Shown here: positions 12,411-24,697 of the stretch, piece after piece
Layout: every line of letters starts with the position of its first letter
How positions within the stretch are numbered: position 1 is the first letter of the stretch
From: Eledone cirrhosa
Taxonomy: Eukaryota
Assembly: GCA_964016885.1 (NCBI GenBank)
Contig: OZ024752.1
Coordinates: 22,320,001-22,384,000, forward strand
DNA: 64,000 bases
Reading direction: 5' to 3'
Position numbers and translations under genes: made by a program
Notes under the pieces: generated by a model
Database searches by the model: none
Told to the model about the DNA's origin: nothing
The model's input: only the letters and a program-made list of their open reading frames with translations

Positions 12411-12969
12411 ATTTATAGATTTATAAATTCCTAAATTTATAAATTTATTATAATAAATTGAAGTGAAAGCAACTGGTGCGTGTGTTTCTTATTGGCAACA
12501 TGACCCTCCCAAAGTATAACAATATCGGTTTCAACACACGATTTCAGATAAAGAATCTTGCTAAACAAATTCAGAAACGAAATATAAATAAATACATGCA
12601 CAGTTAATACAGTCCTCTCTATCATTGTAAGGCACAAGGCTAGCAATAATTATAGCATTTAGTCTTAACTACAGTGGCAACAATACTATTAAAAGGGCTG
12701 TTAGGCTATGGAAGAGAGTTACGGGAAGCGAAAGTAGGGACAGGAATAAGGAGATAAGAAATCGAGAACACATATAAAGAACACAATAATAAAAGAACGG
12801 GACAAAAATACATAAAAAACAGCAGTAGGTATATAAACAGAGAAATAAGGAACAAGTGACAAGAAATATGTACACATAGAGACTCCAGGTGTGCAAACAA
12901 GGTTTGCCAGGTGCTGGGGTTGTTGTATGGCCACGCGCGGCTTCCACGGTCAAGTTTGCAATAGTCTTC

Positions 12970-13220
12970 AACTAGTACAACTATGTTGTTAGTCCGTTCA
13001 GTTTGAGGATGGTTCCAGATGATCTGTGGAGGCAGGTGCTGAAGAGGTTACTCCTTTTATTGATAACTTGAGCTCCCCTCTCGATTATTTCCATAATCTC
13101 GGTGACACACAAATCACACAAGTCATGTTCACCCCCTCTGTAGGGTTGGGCCGATGCTACCTTGGGCCACGGCATGGTGAATTCTAAGTTATCATGTTTG
13201 AGATGCCACACCAGTTCTGA
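12970..13220 (-). mobile_element. Penelope-like GIY-YIG C-terminal fragment
   Basis: W.LK.......W......PY......CDLC..E...I......INKR.....C.H, homologous to 47018-47200. Confidence 0.65.
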
Positions 13221-13276
13221 GGGGGCGGTGTTGTGTTTCTTATCAACCCTCTTAATGGTGTGGCAGTGATTGTACC

Positions 13277-15437
13277 AAAGGTCTGGAAGTTAAAAGACCT
13301 TTCACTAAAATATAAATTTAGGAAAGCCCCTCAAGATGTGTATGACAAAAAAGAAGACGATTTAGAGTCGTATGACATAGATGATAACTGGAATTTCTTA
13401 CGTGACAACTTACTGAAGAAACTTGTGGCTGGAGAAGAGCTCCAACCAGACAGAGAGTGACCTGGTGATGGAACAGCATGGTAGATAAGGCCATTAGAGA
13501 CAAACAACTAGCATGGAATGCTTGGTAAAATGGTGGGAGTAGAGAAGGATACGCAGCTGCTAAGAGAGAAGCTAGACGTCAGGTGTACTTAGCATGCAGG
13601 GAGGCTGAGAGTAGGAGGTTTGCCAATGTTCTGCGATGGGAAGATCAGAGACGTGCAGTGTTCCGCATTGCAAGGCAGTGTGTTAGTGCAAATCAGGATG
13701 TTGTTGGAGATAAATGTGTCTGCAATGATGCCAGTGTACTTAGTGTCACGAATGATAAAAAAAAAAGGAGGCCTGGAAATGTCATTATGAGGGACTGGTG
13801 AATGTGGAGAACGAATGGGAGAGAGAGAAATTACCCACAGTAGACCCAAAAGAGGGACCAGCTATTGAGATTGACAGAGGGGCCAGCTATTAAGGGTCGA
13901 AGAATTAAGGAAATAAAAAATGGTAAGGCCACTGGACCGTCGGGGATAGTTGCTGAGATGCTGAAGGCATCAAGAGAAGTAGGCACTAAACTGGTTGCAC
14001 GCATCGTCAATCAAGCTATATATGGCGGTGTCATACCCAAAGACTGGTGCAGCAGTATTCTCATAAATTGCTACAAAGGTAAAGGGGATGCTCTGGAGAG
14101 GAGAATTATAGGGGTGTAAAACTGATGGATCAGGTTATGAAAGTGGCAGAGAGAATATTAGCGCAACTGATTAGAGAAACGGTCAAACTAGATGAGATGC
14201 AGTTTGGTTTTGTGCCTGGGAAAAGTACAACAGATGCCCTCTTCTTGGTGAGACAATTACAAGAGAGGTTCTTAGAGAAGAATAAGCCACTATACTCAGC
14301 TTTTGTTGACCTAGAGAAGGCTTTGATAGGGTACCCCGATCTGTGATCTGGTGGTCCCTAAGAAAATTAGGTGTTGAGGAATGGCTTGTGAGGACGGTGC
14401 AAACTTTGTACAGAGGTGCTGTCAGTAAAATCGGTAGGAATGGAGTTTAGTGAAGAATTCCAGATACAAGTAGGAGTACATCAAGGTTCGGTCCTCAGCC
14501 CGCTCTTGTTCATTATAGTCCTCAAAGTCATAACAGAGGAGTTTAAGACTGGCTGCCCATGGGAACTTCTCTATGCTGACGATCTGGTTCTTATAGCAGG
14601 GATCAGTAGAGGAGCTAGAGAATATATTCTGGCTATGGAAACAGCAGTTGGAAGCAAGAGGACTGAGAGTGAACATAGCTAAAACAAGAGTGTTGATAAG
14701 TAGAAGAGAGGACAAAACTCTGATTCCAAGGAGCTGGCATAAATTCTATAAAATGTACGCAATGCAGATCTTGGGTACACAAGAGATGTAGTGGGATAGC
14801 AGGCAAACTAACTGGTAGGGAAAACTATGTATGCAGTAGATGTACAGGGAAAGTTGACAGTAGTAATTGCAGTGATAGACACATTTTTCAAATGTAGGTG
14901 GCTGCTATAGCAGTGGTTGATAGCTTCCAGTACCTAGGTGATCAGATTAGCATGGGAGGGGGTGTTCCGAGGCCAGAGTATCTAGAATAAGGATGGGTTG
15001 GAAGAAGTTTAGGGAGCTGCTTCCTCTGTTGACAAAGAAGGGTTTCTCCCTGCATATGAACGGCCGGTTATATGATGCCTGTGTGAGATGTGCGATGCTG
15101 CATGGTAGTGAGACATGGGCAACAACTTCAGAGGATATGTGATGGCTGGAGAGAAATGAAGCAAGCATGCGCCGTTGGATGTGCAATGTCAATGTGCATG
15201 AACGACCAAGCGTAGATGAGTTGAGAGAGAAACTGTGTATAAGGGAGATAAGTTGTGGTGTGCAGGAGAGAAGACTGAGATGGTATGGACATGCGATGCA
15301 CAGCACAAGGAGGGTGACCGCTGGGTAAAGAAGTGCCAAGAAATTCCAGTAGAAGGAACAGTGGACTGATGATGTGTTGTATAAGACCCGTCCCACCCTT
15401 GCAAGCAGAGAAAAGCGGACGTAAAATGATGATGAAT
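13277..15437 (+). mobile_element. RTE LINE, 5'-truncated and frameshifted (same subfamily as 21069-23849)
   Basis: QFGFVPG, FVDLEKA, GVHQGSVLSP and LLYADD fragments; short tail ending atgatgatga. Confidence 0.9.
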
Positions 15438-16042
15438 ATGATAAACGAATTGAGAGAGAGACTAAGCATAAGAGGTATCAAATGTTGTGTTTTGGAGGGG
15501 AGATTGCGTTCGTATGGCCATGTGATGCGTGTGAAGGATGATAGCTGTATAAAAAAGTGCCGGGCAATGAAAATGAATGGAAGCTGCGGAGTGGGTAGAC
15601 CAAGAAAAACCTTGGACAAGGTGATAAAAACTGACCTTGCCCACCTACACCTCTCTAAGACAATGACACTGGATCAAGACCTTTGGCACCATGCAGTTGT
15701 ACAGAAGACCGGACTACCATTGCATACAAACCTACAGTTAGTAGGCACCTCTTAACACAATATACACCCCACGCCACGCACCCTACCCCATCCTCCCTCT
15801 CCCGTTCCGTCCACAGTGCCGATGACACAACAGTCCACACAGTAAGGTGGCCGTGTAGGAGACATGGTGAAAAGGCTCCCAGTCAACACTGTAAATGTGG
15901 TTGGTGTTAGGAAAGGCATCCAGCTGTAAAAAACCTGCCAGAGGCACTTCTGTACGAGCGAGACACGCATCAAATGGAACAAAAAGCGTCTAACCCATGT
16001 TAGCGCGGAAGCTGGACATTAAACGATGATGATGATGATGAT
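15438..16042 (+). mobile_element. RTE LINE 3' end (second family)
   Basis: RLRSYGHVMR...GRPRKT, 3' UTR and (GAT)n tail. Confidence 0.85.
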
Positions 16043-16159
16043 ATATATACAGTCAACTTTCCATGTCAGTATACATATATATATATATAATGTATATATA
16101 TTTTAGTCTTCAATTTTATTATTATTACTATAATGTATATATATATATATATATATATA

Positions 16160-16632
16160 TAGTGAAAGAGTGAAGAATAACATGGTCGGCTGTACAATAA
16201 GGGTTTTATTTACAGTATTAACAATTGTTTCATTGATCAGGTGAGTCTAAAGGCTGCTAATCACTTGAAATTGCGTCTATAATTGTGTATCTCTAATCAA
16301 ATCATCTGAATACAGTATTCTGATGATTTGATCAGAGACACACACTGTATTTAAGGTTGAGTGACGCAATTTCGAGTGATAAGCGGCCTTTAGACTCACC
16401 TGATCAATGAAACAATTGTTAATACTGTAAATAAAACCCTCTTTTGTACAGCCGACCATGTTATTCTTCACTCTTTCACTATTATTACTCCAAGAATGAC
16501 CTGGGAATTATCGCCAACTCGCTACCTAACTAAGGAAACCTCTTGTTGAGTCAAACAATGCCGTACGTTAAAACTATCCATAGTACAGAGTACTCACAAC
16601 TGGATTACCTAAAATGATAACTTGTTATCCCA
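16160..16632 (+). mobile_element. Penelope-like solo pseudo-LTR with inverted 5' copy, in (TA)n
   Basis: 16160-16277 is an inverted copy of about 16362-16481. Related to the pLTRs at 45713 and 49605. Confidence 0.75.
16313..16427 (+). ncRNA. Type I hammerhead ribozyme with long loop II
   Basis: cagtatt-CTGATGA-t-ttgatcag...ctgatcaa-t-GAAAC-aatt-GTT-aatactg: 7-bp stem I, 8-bp stem II, palindromic stem III. Confidence 0.8.
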
Positions 16633-16964
16633 TATATATACAAAAAGTAAATGGAAACAACAAACCAAGCAACACGGTACAATATATTAGTTTAACACTT
16701 GATATAGTAGAAAAAGAGTCTTTATGTTTCGGTCAATAATCCTTCATCAGAAGATAGAATGAGAAATAAAAAATGAAATAGAAAGGTAGAGAGTAAGAAG
16801 AGGAAGGGATGGAAAAACATTTTTTGAGAAAAAGCACGTGTGGATTCAGTCAGCCATTTTGGAGAAAGAAAATATGTTCATTTATACCTGAACAAATTTA
16901 TGAATTGTATATTTTGATTTTAAATACCATGTGTTTAATATATTTCTTGTTTTACATAATTTAG

Positions 16965-17031
16965 GTTATTTCCCAATAGACATGAAGGTGTAAATCGTGA
17001 AGCTTTCTGTCTTGCTGATTATGAAGCTCAG
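16965..17031 (+). CDS. OGFR-like: OGFr-domain gene A exon (LFPNRHEGVNREAFCLADYEAQ)
   Basis: Acceptor atttag| and donor CAG|gtaaat. Completes the W-LFP..GVN motif in the correct phase. Confidence 0.9.
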
Positions 17032-17131
17032 GTAAATATATGCTAGTGTTGGTGGGTGGGGGCGTTGTTTGGGTTAGCCTCTCGGTCCAAACTCATCAAG
17101 CAGACATATCATTATGTGACATAATCTAATA

Positions 17132-17496
17132 CAGTTGTCTCCCAGTATTTGCGGGGGTTAAGTCCCTAAAACACCCGTGAAGAGTGAAAAACTGCATATA
17201 TTGGACGTGGTTCATAAAAATGCCTATAAACCTCAAAATATAATGTAAAATGTAATAAAAAGAAAGGGAGCGCCTTATGCAAAGGGGCGTCTAATTGGCC
17301 AGCAAATACGGTATATTGTTATTAAAAATTTAGTGCTAAAAAAAAACATATTGCCATGAAAAAAATCGCGGAAGATATTTACAATTCAGTGAATATGCGG
17401 TGGTTTCTACAAACAATTATTAATCAGGTTCTAAGGAAAATTCCGCAAATAACCAGGACCACGAATGTCGGGACCGCAAATGTCTGGAGTACACTA
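17132..17496. mobile_element. Tc1/pogo (Tigger-like) MITE, with a duplicated right end near 17686-17720
   Basis: TA|CAGTTGTCTCCCAGTATTTGCGG...CCGCAAATGTCTGGAGTACACT imperfect TIRs. Confidence 0.55.
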
Positions 17497-17778
17497 TATC
17501 CTTTCGTTATTTAAAAAGACAGAAAACCAACCTTCGGGTGGTCTTCTGCTAGCATGTGTAGTGTGTATATTGATATTATAAGCAAATATACATACATGTA
17601 GATATGATAGATCAAATGAAATAGTAATTGACAATATACACAGAAATTGAACGAAGTCTGCGTTACACTCTCTTCTGTAATCAGTAATGTCGGGACCGCA
17701 AATGCCTGGAGTACACTGTATATCCTTTCATTATTTAAAAAGTTAGTATTAAATTTAGCAAGATTTAGCTGTCTGTAT

Positions 17779-18765
17779 TACCTCAGTAATATACCCAACA
17801 TCATAGAGTACCTCAGTAATATACCCAACATCATAGAGTACCTCAGTAATATACCCAATATCATAGAGTACCTCAGTAATATACCCAACATCATAGAGTA
17901 CCTCAGTAATATACTCAATATCATAGAGTACCTCAGTAATATACCCAACATCATAGAGTACCTCAGTAATATACCCAATATCATAGAGTACCTCAGTAAT
18001 ATACCCAACACCATAGAGTACCTCAGTAATATACTCAATATCATAGAGTAACTCAGTAATATACTCAATATCATAGAGTGCCTCAGTAATATACCCAACA
18101 TCATAGAGTACCCCAGTAATATACTCAACATCATAGAGTACCCCAGTAATATACCCAATATCATAGAGTACCTCAGTAATATACTCAACACCATAGAGTA
18201 CCTCAGTAATATACTCAACACCATAGAGTACTTCAGTAATATACCCAACATCATAGAGTACCTCAGTAATATACCCAACATCATAGAGTACTTCAGTAAT
18301 ATACCCAACATCATAGAGTACCCCAGTAATATACCCAATATCATAGAGTACCTCAGTAATATACTCAACACCATAGAGTACCTCAGTAATATACTCAACA
18401 CCATAGAGTACCTCAGTAATATACCCAACATCATAGAGTACCCCAGTAATATACTCAACATCATAGAGTACCCCAGTAATATACCCAACATCATAGAGTA
18501 CCTCAGTAATATACCCAACATCATAGAGTACCTCAGTAATATACCCAATATCATAGAGTACCTCAGTAATATACCCAACATCATAGAGTACCCCAGTAAT
18601 ATACACAACATCATAGAGTACCCCAGTAATATACCCAACATCATAGAGTACCCCAGTAATATACACAACATCATAGAGTACCCCAGTAATATACACAACA
18701 TCATAGAGTACCCCAGTAATATACCCAACATCATAGAGTACCCCAGTAATATACCCAACATCATA
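17779..18765. repeat. 30-bp minisatellite, about 33 copies (tacctcagtaatatacccaacatcatagag)
   Basis: Uninterrupted tandem units within an intron of gene A. Confidence 0.97.
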
Positions 18766-19357
18766 AAGTTTGTGTTCATACCATTGGCTTGTTCTTTTGA
18801 GGCCACATTTTCCACATAATTTCCAATGAATGATTTTTGTGACGTTATGATTGTGTCACTTATATTCTGTGCCAGCTTTGTGACAGGCTGGTGATATGCC
18901 ACACAGGCTGGTGATATGCCACACATATTCTCCCTTTTCTCCACATATCCTATGTTTCATCTCAGTTGTCATTTATATATCATTATTAAGGTTGGCATTG
19001 CCTTTCGTTGTTACAGGGTTGATAAAATAAAGCACCAGTAATGCACTGGGGTCAATTTAATCAACGTTCCCTTCCCCCAAATTGCTGGCCTTGTGCCTAA
19101 ATCAGAATCCATTATTATTGTTATTATTAAGGTTGGTGTTACCTTTCATCCTTAAGGGGTCAATAAAATAAAGTATCAGTAATGCACTGAGTTCGATTTA
19201 ATCAACTATCCCTTCCCCAAAAATTGTTGGTCTTGTGCCTAAATCAGAATCCATTATAATTTACCTTATCTTAGGTTAGAAGGCTAAGATATATATCCAC
19301 TGAACCAGTTTCTTTGTCAAATCTTTAATCTGTTTTACTATTTCCAATATATTTCAG

Positions 19358-19500
19358 ATGATATCAAGTGAGAAAGTTTTAAGGAATAGAGTGAGGAGAA
19401 GCTTCAAGATGATGCTGAATTTCTTTGGAATGGCTATGGATGATAGGTATCAGTTTTCTTTCACTTCACAGAAGAAAGCAAGAGTTAGAAATCTGAAAGA
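19358..19500 (+). CDS. OGFR-like: OGFr-domain gene A exon (MISSEKVLRNRVRRSFKMMLNFFGMAMDDRYQFSFTSQKKARVRNLK)
   Basis: Acceptor tttcag| and donor GA|gtaagt; MLxFFG motif. At 143 nt it equals paralogue exon 56566-56708. Confidence 0.9.
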
Positions 19501-19780
19501 GTAAGTTATTCTAGAAATATCTTTGATTGTTTTTTATTTATATTATTTCTTTTTTCAAGAGAGTAACATATATTGTTCCGTAGGCTTGTGAGTTGAAATC
19601 CCACTTCTTCTGGGTTTGATAAAATACCAGTTATGTATTGGATCAAATTCAATTAATTTATACCATTTCTTTACAAATTACAATGTAAATTTGGCAGGAA
19701 AATATGCAAAGCAGAGTCCACTCATAAATGATAATGTTATGGATATAATAGTTTTTAATATCTTGCAAATATATAACTTA

Positions 19781-20448
19781 CTAGCAGTGGTACCCGGCGT
19801 TGCACGGGATAATGTATTTTGGAATGCGGGCCGCCAACAGACCTAATCGTGGAAAAACTGCATGCCCCGACAATATGTAAAGAAAATAAACCGAATACTC
19901 TGATGGCTGGATAATATTTAAAATTTTCCTCGATGAAGCAGAAAAAATGCAGGTTTTCACCTAATACAGGCCCTAGGGAATCAAGAAAATGAATTTTTTT
20001 TATGTGCATAATATGCCTTGAAATTTCGGGAAAATCGGCTAGACGTAATGCCTCAAAAAAGCCCCAAAAAGCTGAAAAAATGAAGTTTTTTACCTAATGC
20101 GGGCAGCAGACAGATATTATAAGGGCGCATTCTGGATGGAGAGGGAATTGTAGGAAGTGACATAATGCAGACAGTCAGACATACAGACAGATATTATAAG
20201 GGCGCGACGTTATATGTATGTATCTATCTAAAAAGAGTAAGACTAAGAATTATAGAGGGAGATCGCTAAATCGCCTAATGCGGTCCCTAGGGCATTGGAA
20301 ATTTGAAATTTCTTTTGCTCAGAACACTCTCTGAAACATAAGTATTACATGTGTAAAGTTTGAAAACAGTTGGTTGGGTGCTTCTCTAGTTTTAGGGATT
20401 CATACTCACACACACACAGACAGACATCCTCAGTTTTATATATATAGA
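19781..20448 (-). mobile_element. Non-autonomous Helitron
   Basis: On the minus strand it starts TC and ends with the hairpin cccgtgcaacgccggg plus CTAG. It sits between A and T and has a subterminal (tgtc)n tract. Confidence 0.85.
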
Positions 20449-20555
20449 TAAATAATTAGAACAATAAAAATACAACTTATATTAAATTAGTAATACACTG
20501 TACAACATTGTCTATACAATGTTGTTTTGTGTTTAGAGAAACAAAACTAATTAGT

Positions 20556-20746
20556 GCGGTGGATTGGCAGTATTGGTAGATGTTCGGATGCCATGCTTTG
20601 CAGCAGAGTTACGGCCTTTTATGGTCTGAGTTCAAATCCTGCCGAGGTTAACTTTGCCTTTCATCCTTACAGCGTCAATAAAATAAAGCACCAGCAATAA
20701 ACTGGGACAATTGCTGGCCTTGTGCCAAAAGTAGAAACAATTATTA
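20556..20746 (+). mobile_element. tRNA-derived SINE (Nin-domain-like); partial copies also at 18988-19258
   Basis: A box tggcagtattgg, B box gagttcaaatcc, core gcctttcatcc..gtcaataaaataaag and (ATT) tail. Confidence 0.8.
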
Positions 20747-21068
20747 AATGGATAATTAGTAAAGTGAAGAAGTCAACCCTCATCAGTAGGCCATCTTATT
20801 AATTAGACAAAATATTAACTGTCCAAAATTAAGTTTGAGTTGAGACAAAACCTCCTGTGTGTTCTTATGATGGCTGAGACAATAACTGTAACAGTCATGG
20901 ACAGTTGGTAGGGAAGGAATGCTAAAAATAACACACTTGCAAGCCAAGTAGCAACTCACTGATATATTGAAAAAATAGGGAGCAGAAATATACATTTGAA
21001 TCAATATACAATAATATTGACTCACTGTGCCATAACCGCTTAATGTCATATGTATATATATATATATA

Positions 21069-23849
21069 TCATCATCATCATCATCATTTTACGTCCGCTT
21101 TTCCCTGCTTGCAAGGGTGGGATGGGTCCTATTCAGCACAGCATCTCTCCACTTGTCACGGTCCGTTGTCATCTCCTCTGTGAGTTTCAGCAATCTGAGG
21201 TCTGCTCTCACCACCTCCACCCTTGCTTTTCTTGGTCTTCCTCTACTGTGTCTTCCTTCTACTGGCATTTCTTGGCACTTCTTTACCTAGCAGTCATCAC
21301 ATGTTCATACCATCGCAGTCATCTCTCCTGCACACCACAACTTATCCCTCTTATACCCAGTTCCTTTCTCAATTCATCTATGCTTGGTCGTTCACACACA
21401 TTGACATTGCACATCCAACGGAGCATGCTTCCTTTATTTCTCTCCAGCCGTCGCATATCCTCTGCAGATGCTGCCCATGTCTCACTACCATGCAGCATCT
21501 CACACAGGCATCATATAACCGGCCTTTCATATGCAGGGAGAAACCCTTCTTTGTTAACAGAGGAAGCAGCTCCCTAAACTTCTTTCAACCCGTCCTTATT
21601 CTAGATACTATGCCCTCAGAACACCCCCCCCCCCTCCCATGCTAATCTGATCACCTAGGTACCGGAAGCTATCAACCATTTCTATAGAACCCACCTGCAT
21701 TGGAAAAATGTGTCTATCACTGCGATTACCACTGCCAACTTTCACTGTACATCTACTGCATAGGCAGTTTTCCCTACCCGTTAGTTTGTCTGCTATCCCA
21801 CTACATCTCTTGTGACACAAGATCTTCATTGTATACATTTTATGGAATTTATGCCAGTTCCTTTTCTACATATCGAACATGGCCATTTCCCTGATGGAAT
21901 CAGAGTATTGTCCTCTCTTCTACTTATAAACACTTTTGTCTTAGCTAGGTTCACTCTCAGTCCTCTTGATTCCAACTGCTGTTTCCATAGCCAGAATTTA
22001 TTCTCTAGCTCCTCGACTGATTCTGCTATAAGAACCAGATCATCAGCACTGTCCTCACAAGCCATTCCTCTACACCTAGTTTCCTTAGGGATCACCAGAT
22101 CACAGATCAGAGTACTCTATCAAAGCCTTCTTTAGGTCAACAAAAGCTAAGTATAGTCGCTTATTCTTCTCTAAGAACCTCTCTTGTAGTTGTTTCACTA
22201 AGAAGAGGGCCTCTGTTGTACTTTTCCCAGGCACAAAACCAAAGTGCATCTCATCTAATTTGACCGTTTCTCTAATCAGTTGGGCTAATATTCTCTCTGC
22301 CACTTTCACAACCTGATCCATCAGTTTTATGCCCCTATATTTGCTCATCTCCAGAGCATCCCCTTTACTTTTGTAGCAATTTATGAGAATACTTCTGCAC
22401 CAGTCTTTGGGTATGACACCACCATATATAGCTTGATTGATGATGCATGCAACCAGTTTAGTGCCTACTTCTCCTGGCACCTTCAGCATCTCAGCAACTA
22501 TCCCTGACAGTCCAGCAGCCTTACCATTCTTCATTTCCTTAATTGCCTCTTGGACCCTATATTCATCAATCTCAATAGCTGGTCCCCCTGTCGGATCTAC
22601 TGGGGGTAATTTCTCTCTCTCCCATTTGTTCTCCACATTCATCAGTCTCTTATAATGACATTTCCAGGCCTCCCTTTTTTGATCATTCGTGACACTAAGT
22701 ACACCGGCATCATTCTGGACATACTTATTTCCAACAACATCCTGATTTGCATTGACACACTGCTTTGCAATGCGGAACACCGCACGTCTCTGATCTTCCC
22801 ATCGTAGAACATTGGCAAACCTCCTACCCTCAGCCTCCCTGCGTGCTAAGTGCACCTGATGTTTAGCTTCTCTCTTAGCGGCTATGTATCCTTCTCTACT
22901 CCGACCATTTTTCCAAGCCTTCCATGTGAGTGTTTTGTCTCTAATGGCCTTATCTACCGTGCTGTTCCAACACCAGGTCACTCTCTGTCTGCTTGAAGCT
23001 CTGCCCCAGCCACAAGTTTCTTCAGTTGCCTGCAGTAAGTTGTCACGCAAGAAATTCCAGTTATTATCTATGTCATACGACTCTAAATCGTCTTCTTTTT
23101 TGTCATAGACATCTTGAAGGGCTTTGCTAAATTTATATTTTAGTGAAAGGTCTTTTAGCTTCCAAACCTTTCTTTTCCACACCTTCCTGTAAGTCTCATT
23201 CTGTCTCTTGCTTACTGAGATGTCACTAACGACTAACCTATGCTGAGGGGTACATTCTTCCCCACGGTAAGCCTTAGCATTTGACACCATCTGTCTGTCT
23301 CGCTGTCTAACTAGCAGGAAGTCAATCTGGCTTATGTGCTTGCCTGATTTGTAGGTTATTAGGTAGTTGGTAGGATTCTGGAAGTTAGTGCTGCAAATGT
23401 TTAGTGCACTTGCACCACAAAATTCAAGAAGCCTCACTCCTTCATTTCTTGAGCCGTAACCGTGCCCACCATGTACCCCAGTGTAACCATCCTGGAGCTG
23501 TCCAACATGACCATTGAAGTCCCCTGCTAGCATAACGATGTCTCCATCCTCTGTCATTGTGGCTGTTTCTAAAAGTTGCTCGTAAAAGCAGTCTTTCTCT
23601 TCCTTACCTAGGCCTGCTTGGGGAGCATAGGCAGAGATGATTGTCAGTAGTCTCTTGCCTACAACTAATCTAAGCTTAATTATTCGATTACTAACTTTAA
23701 CTACCTCTATTGTCTTATCGCTCCATCTCTCAGCCAGTAATATGCCTACCGCACCTAACCCATCATCATCACACACCCAGAAAAGCTTATAACTAAGATG
23801 TTTGCCTGCGATTAGTCTTGCAGAGGCACCTCTCCATCTCACCTCTTGC
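21069..23849 (-). mobile_element. RTE LINE, decayed (APE plus RT with internal deletion)
   Basis: 607-aa ORF with QEVRW, SAYAPQ, GDFNGHVG and HFGFVPG; (CAT)n tail at 21069. Confidence 0.93.
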
Positions 23850-23925
23850 ATATATATACATGCATAGACATATATATACATGCATAGACATATATATATA
23901 TACATGCATATATACATATACATAT

Positions 23926-24110
23926 ATTCATTTAATCATTTATTATGGCTAAGCAGTGAGCCTTGTTACTCTGGAATTTCACTTGTGCACTTGATCCTCT
24001 GAGTGTGCAGGTGAAACTCCAGAATAACAAAACTCACTGCTTAGCTATAATAAATGAATATTTAAACTTTACTTTGGTATTGAGTACTTTTTTTCATACC
24101 TGTCAATAAC
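23926..24110. repeat. Inverted repeat, Penelope pLTR-like (related copy at 50480-50620)
   Basis: Arms of about 55 bp; GAAACTCCAGA.TA hammerhead remnant; flanked by (TA)n. Confidence 0.55.
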
Positions 24111-24116
24111 ACTTGG

Positions 24117-24189
<73 letters not shown>

Positions 24190-24194
<5 letters not shown>

Positions 24195-24650
24195 GAAGAG
24201 TAAAGAATAACATGGTCAACAGTACAAAAAGGGTTTTATTTATAGTATTAACAATTGTTTCATTGATTAGGGTGTCAAATTTCAACAAACCCAAATCTCA
24301 GCCTATACTTAACAATATACAAAACCGCAATGGAGAACCTGCACACAGGAAGGCCTCCAAATGTAACTGTCATTTACCGGACGAATGCCCACTACAAAAT
24401 AGATGCCTGGAATCAAATATAGTGTACCTGTGTACTATAAATTCGGGCAACTTAGCATGGCACTACATAGGTTCTACGGCTGGGGAGTTAAAACAAAGAT
24501 GGTACGTCCACAGACATTCTATGAAGAACCGTAGACTAGTGAACACAACAACGCTGGCCAATAAAATCTGGCAGGTTAAGGATACAAACCAAGAATACGG
24601 GATTAGCTGGTCGAAATTATTGGGTGCAAAGGCCTACAGAAATGGAATGT
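24190..24650 (+). mobile_element. Penelope-like fragment: inverted pLTR piece plus GIY-YIG endonuclease
   Basis: CNCHLPDECPL...IVYLC......HYIGST....RWYVH, the same family as 47226-47549. Confidence 0.85.
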
Positions 24651-24697
24651 CCCACCACCACCACTATTTTCAACGATCATATTATGTTCATTTTTTT

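Noticed and set aside
17647-18944. 313-, 388- and 134-aa ORFs, and a CRISPR-like look
   Set aside because: These are translations of a 30-bp minisatellite with no unique spacers and no cas genes. It lies in an intron of gene A.
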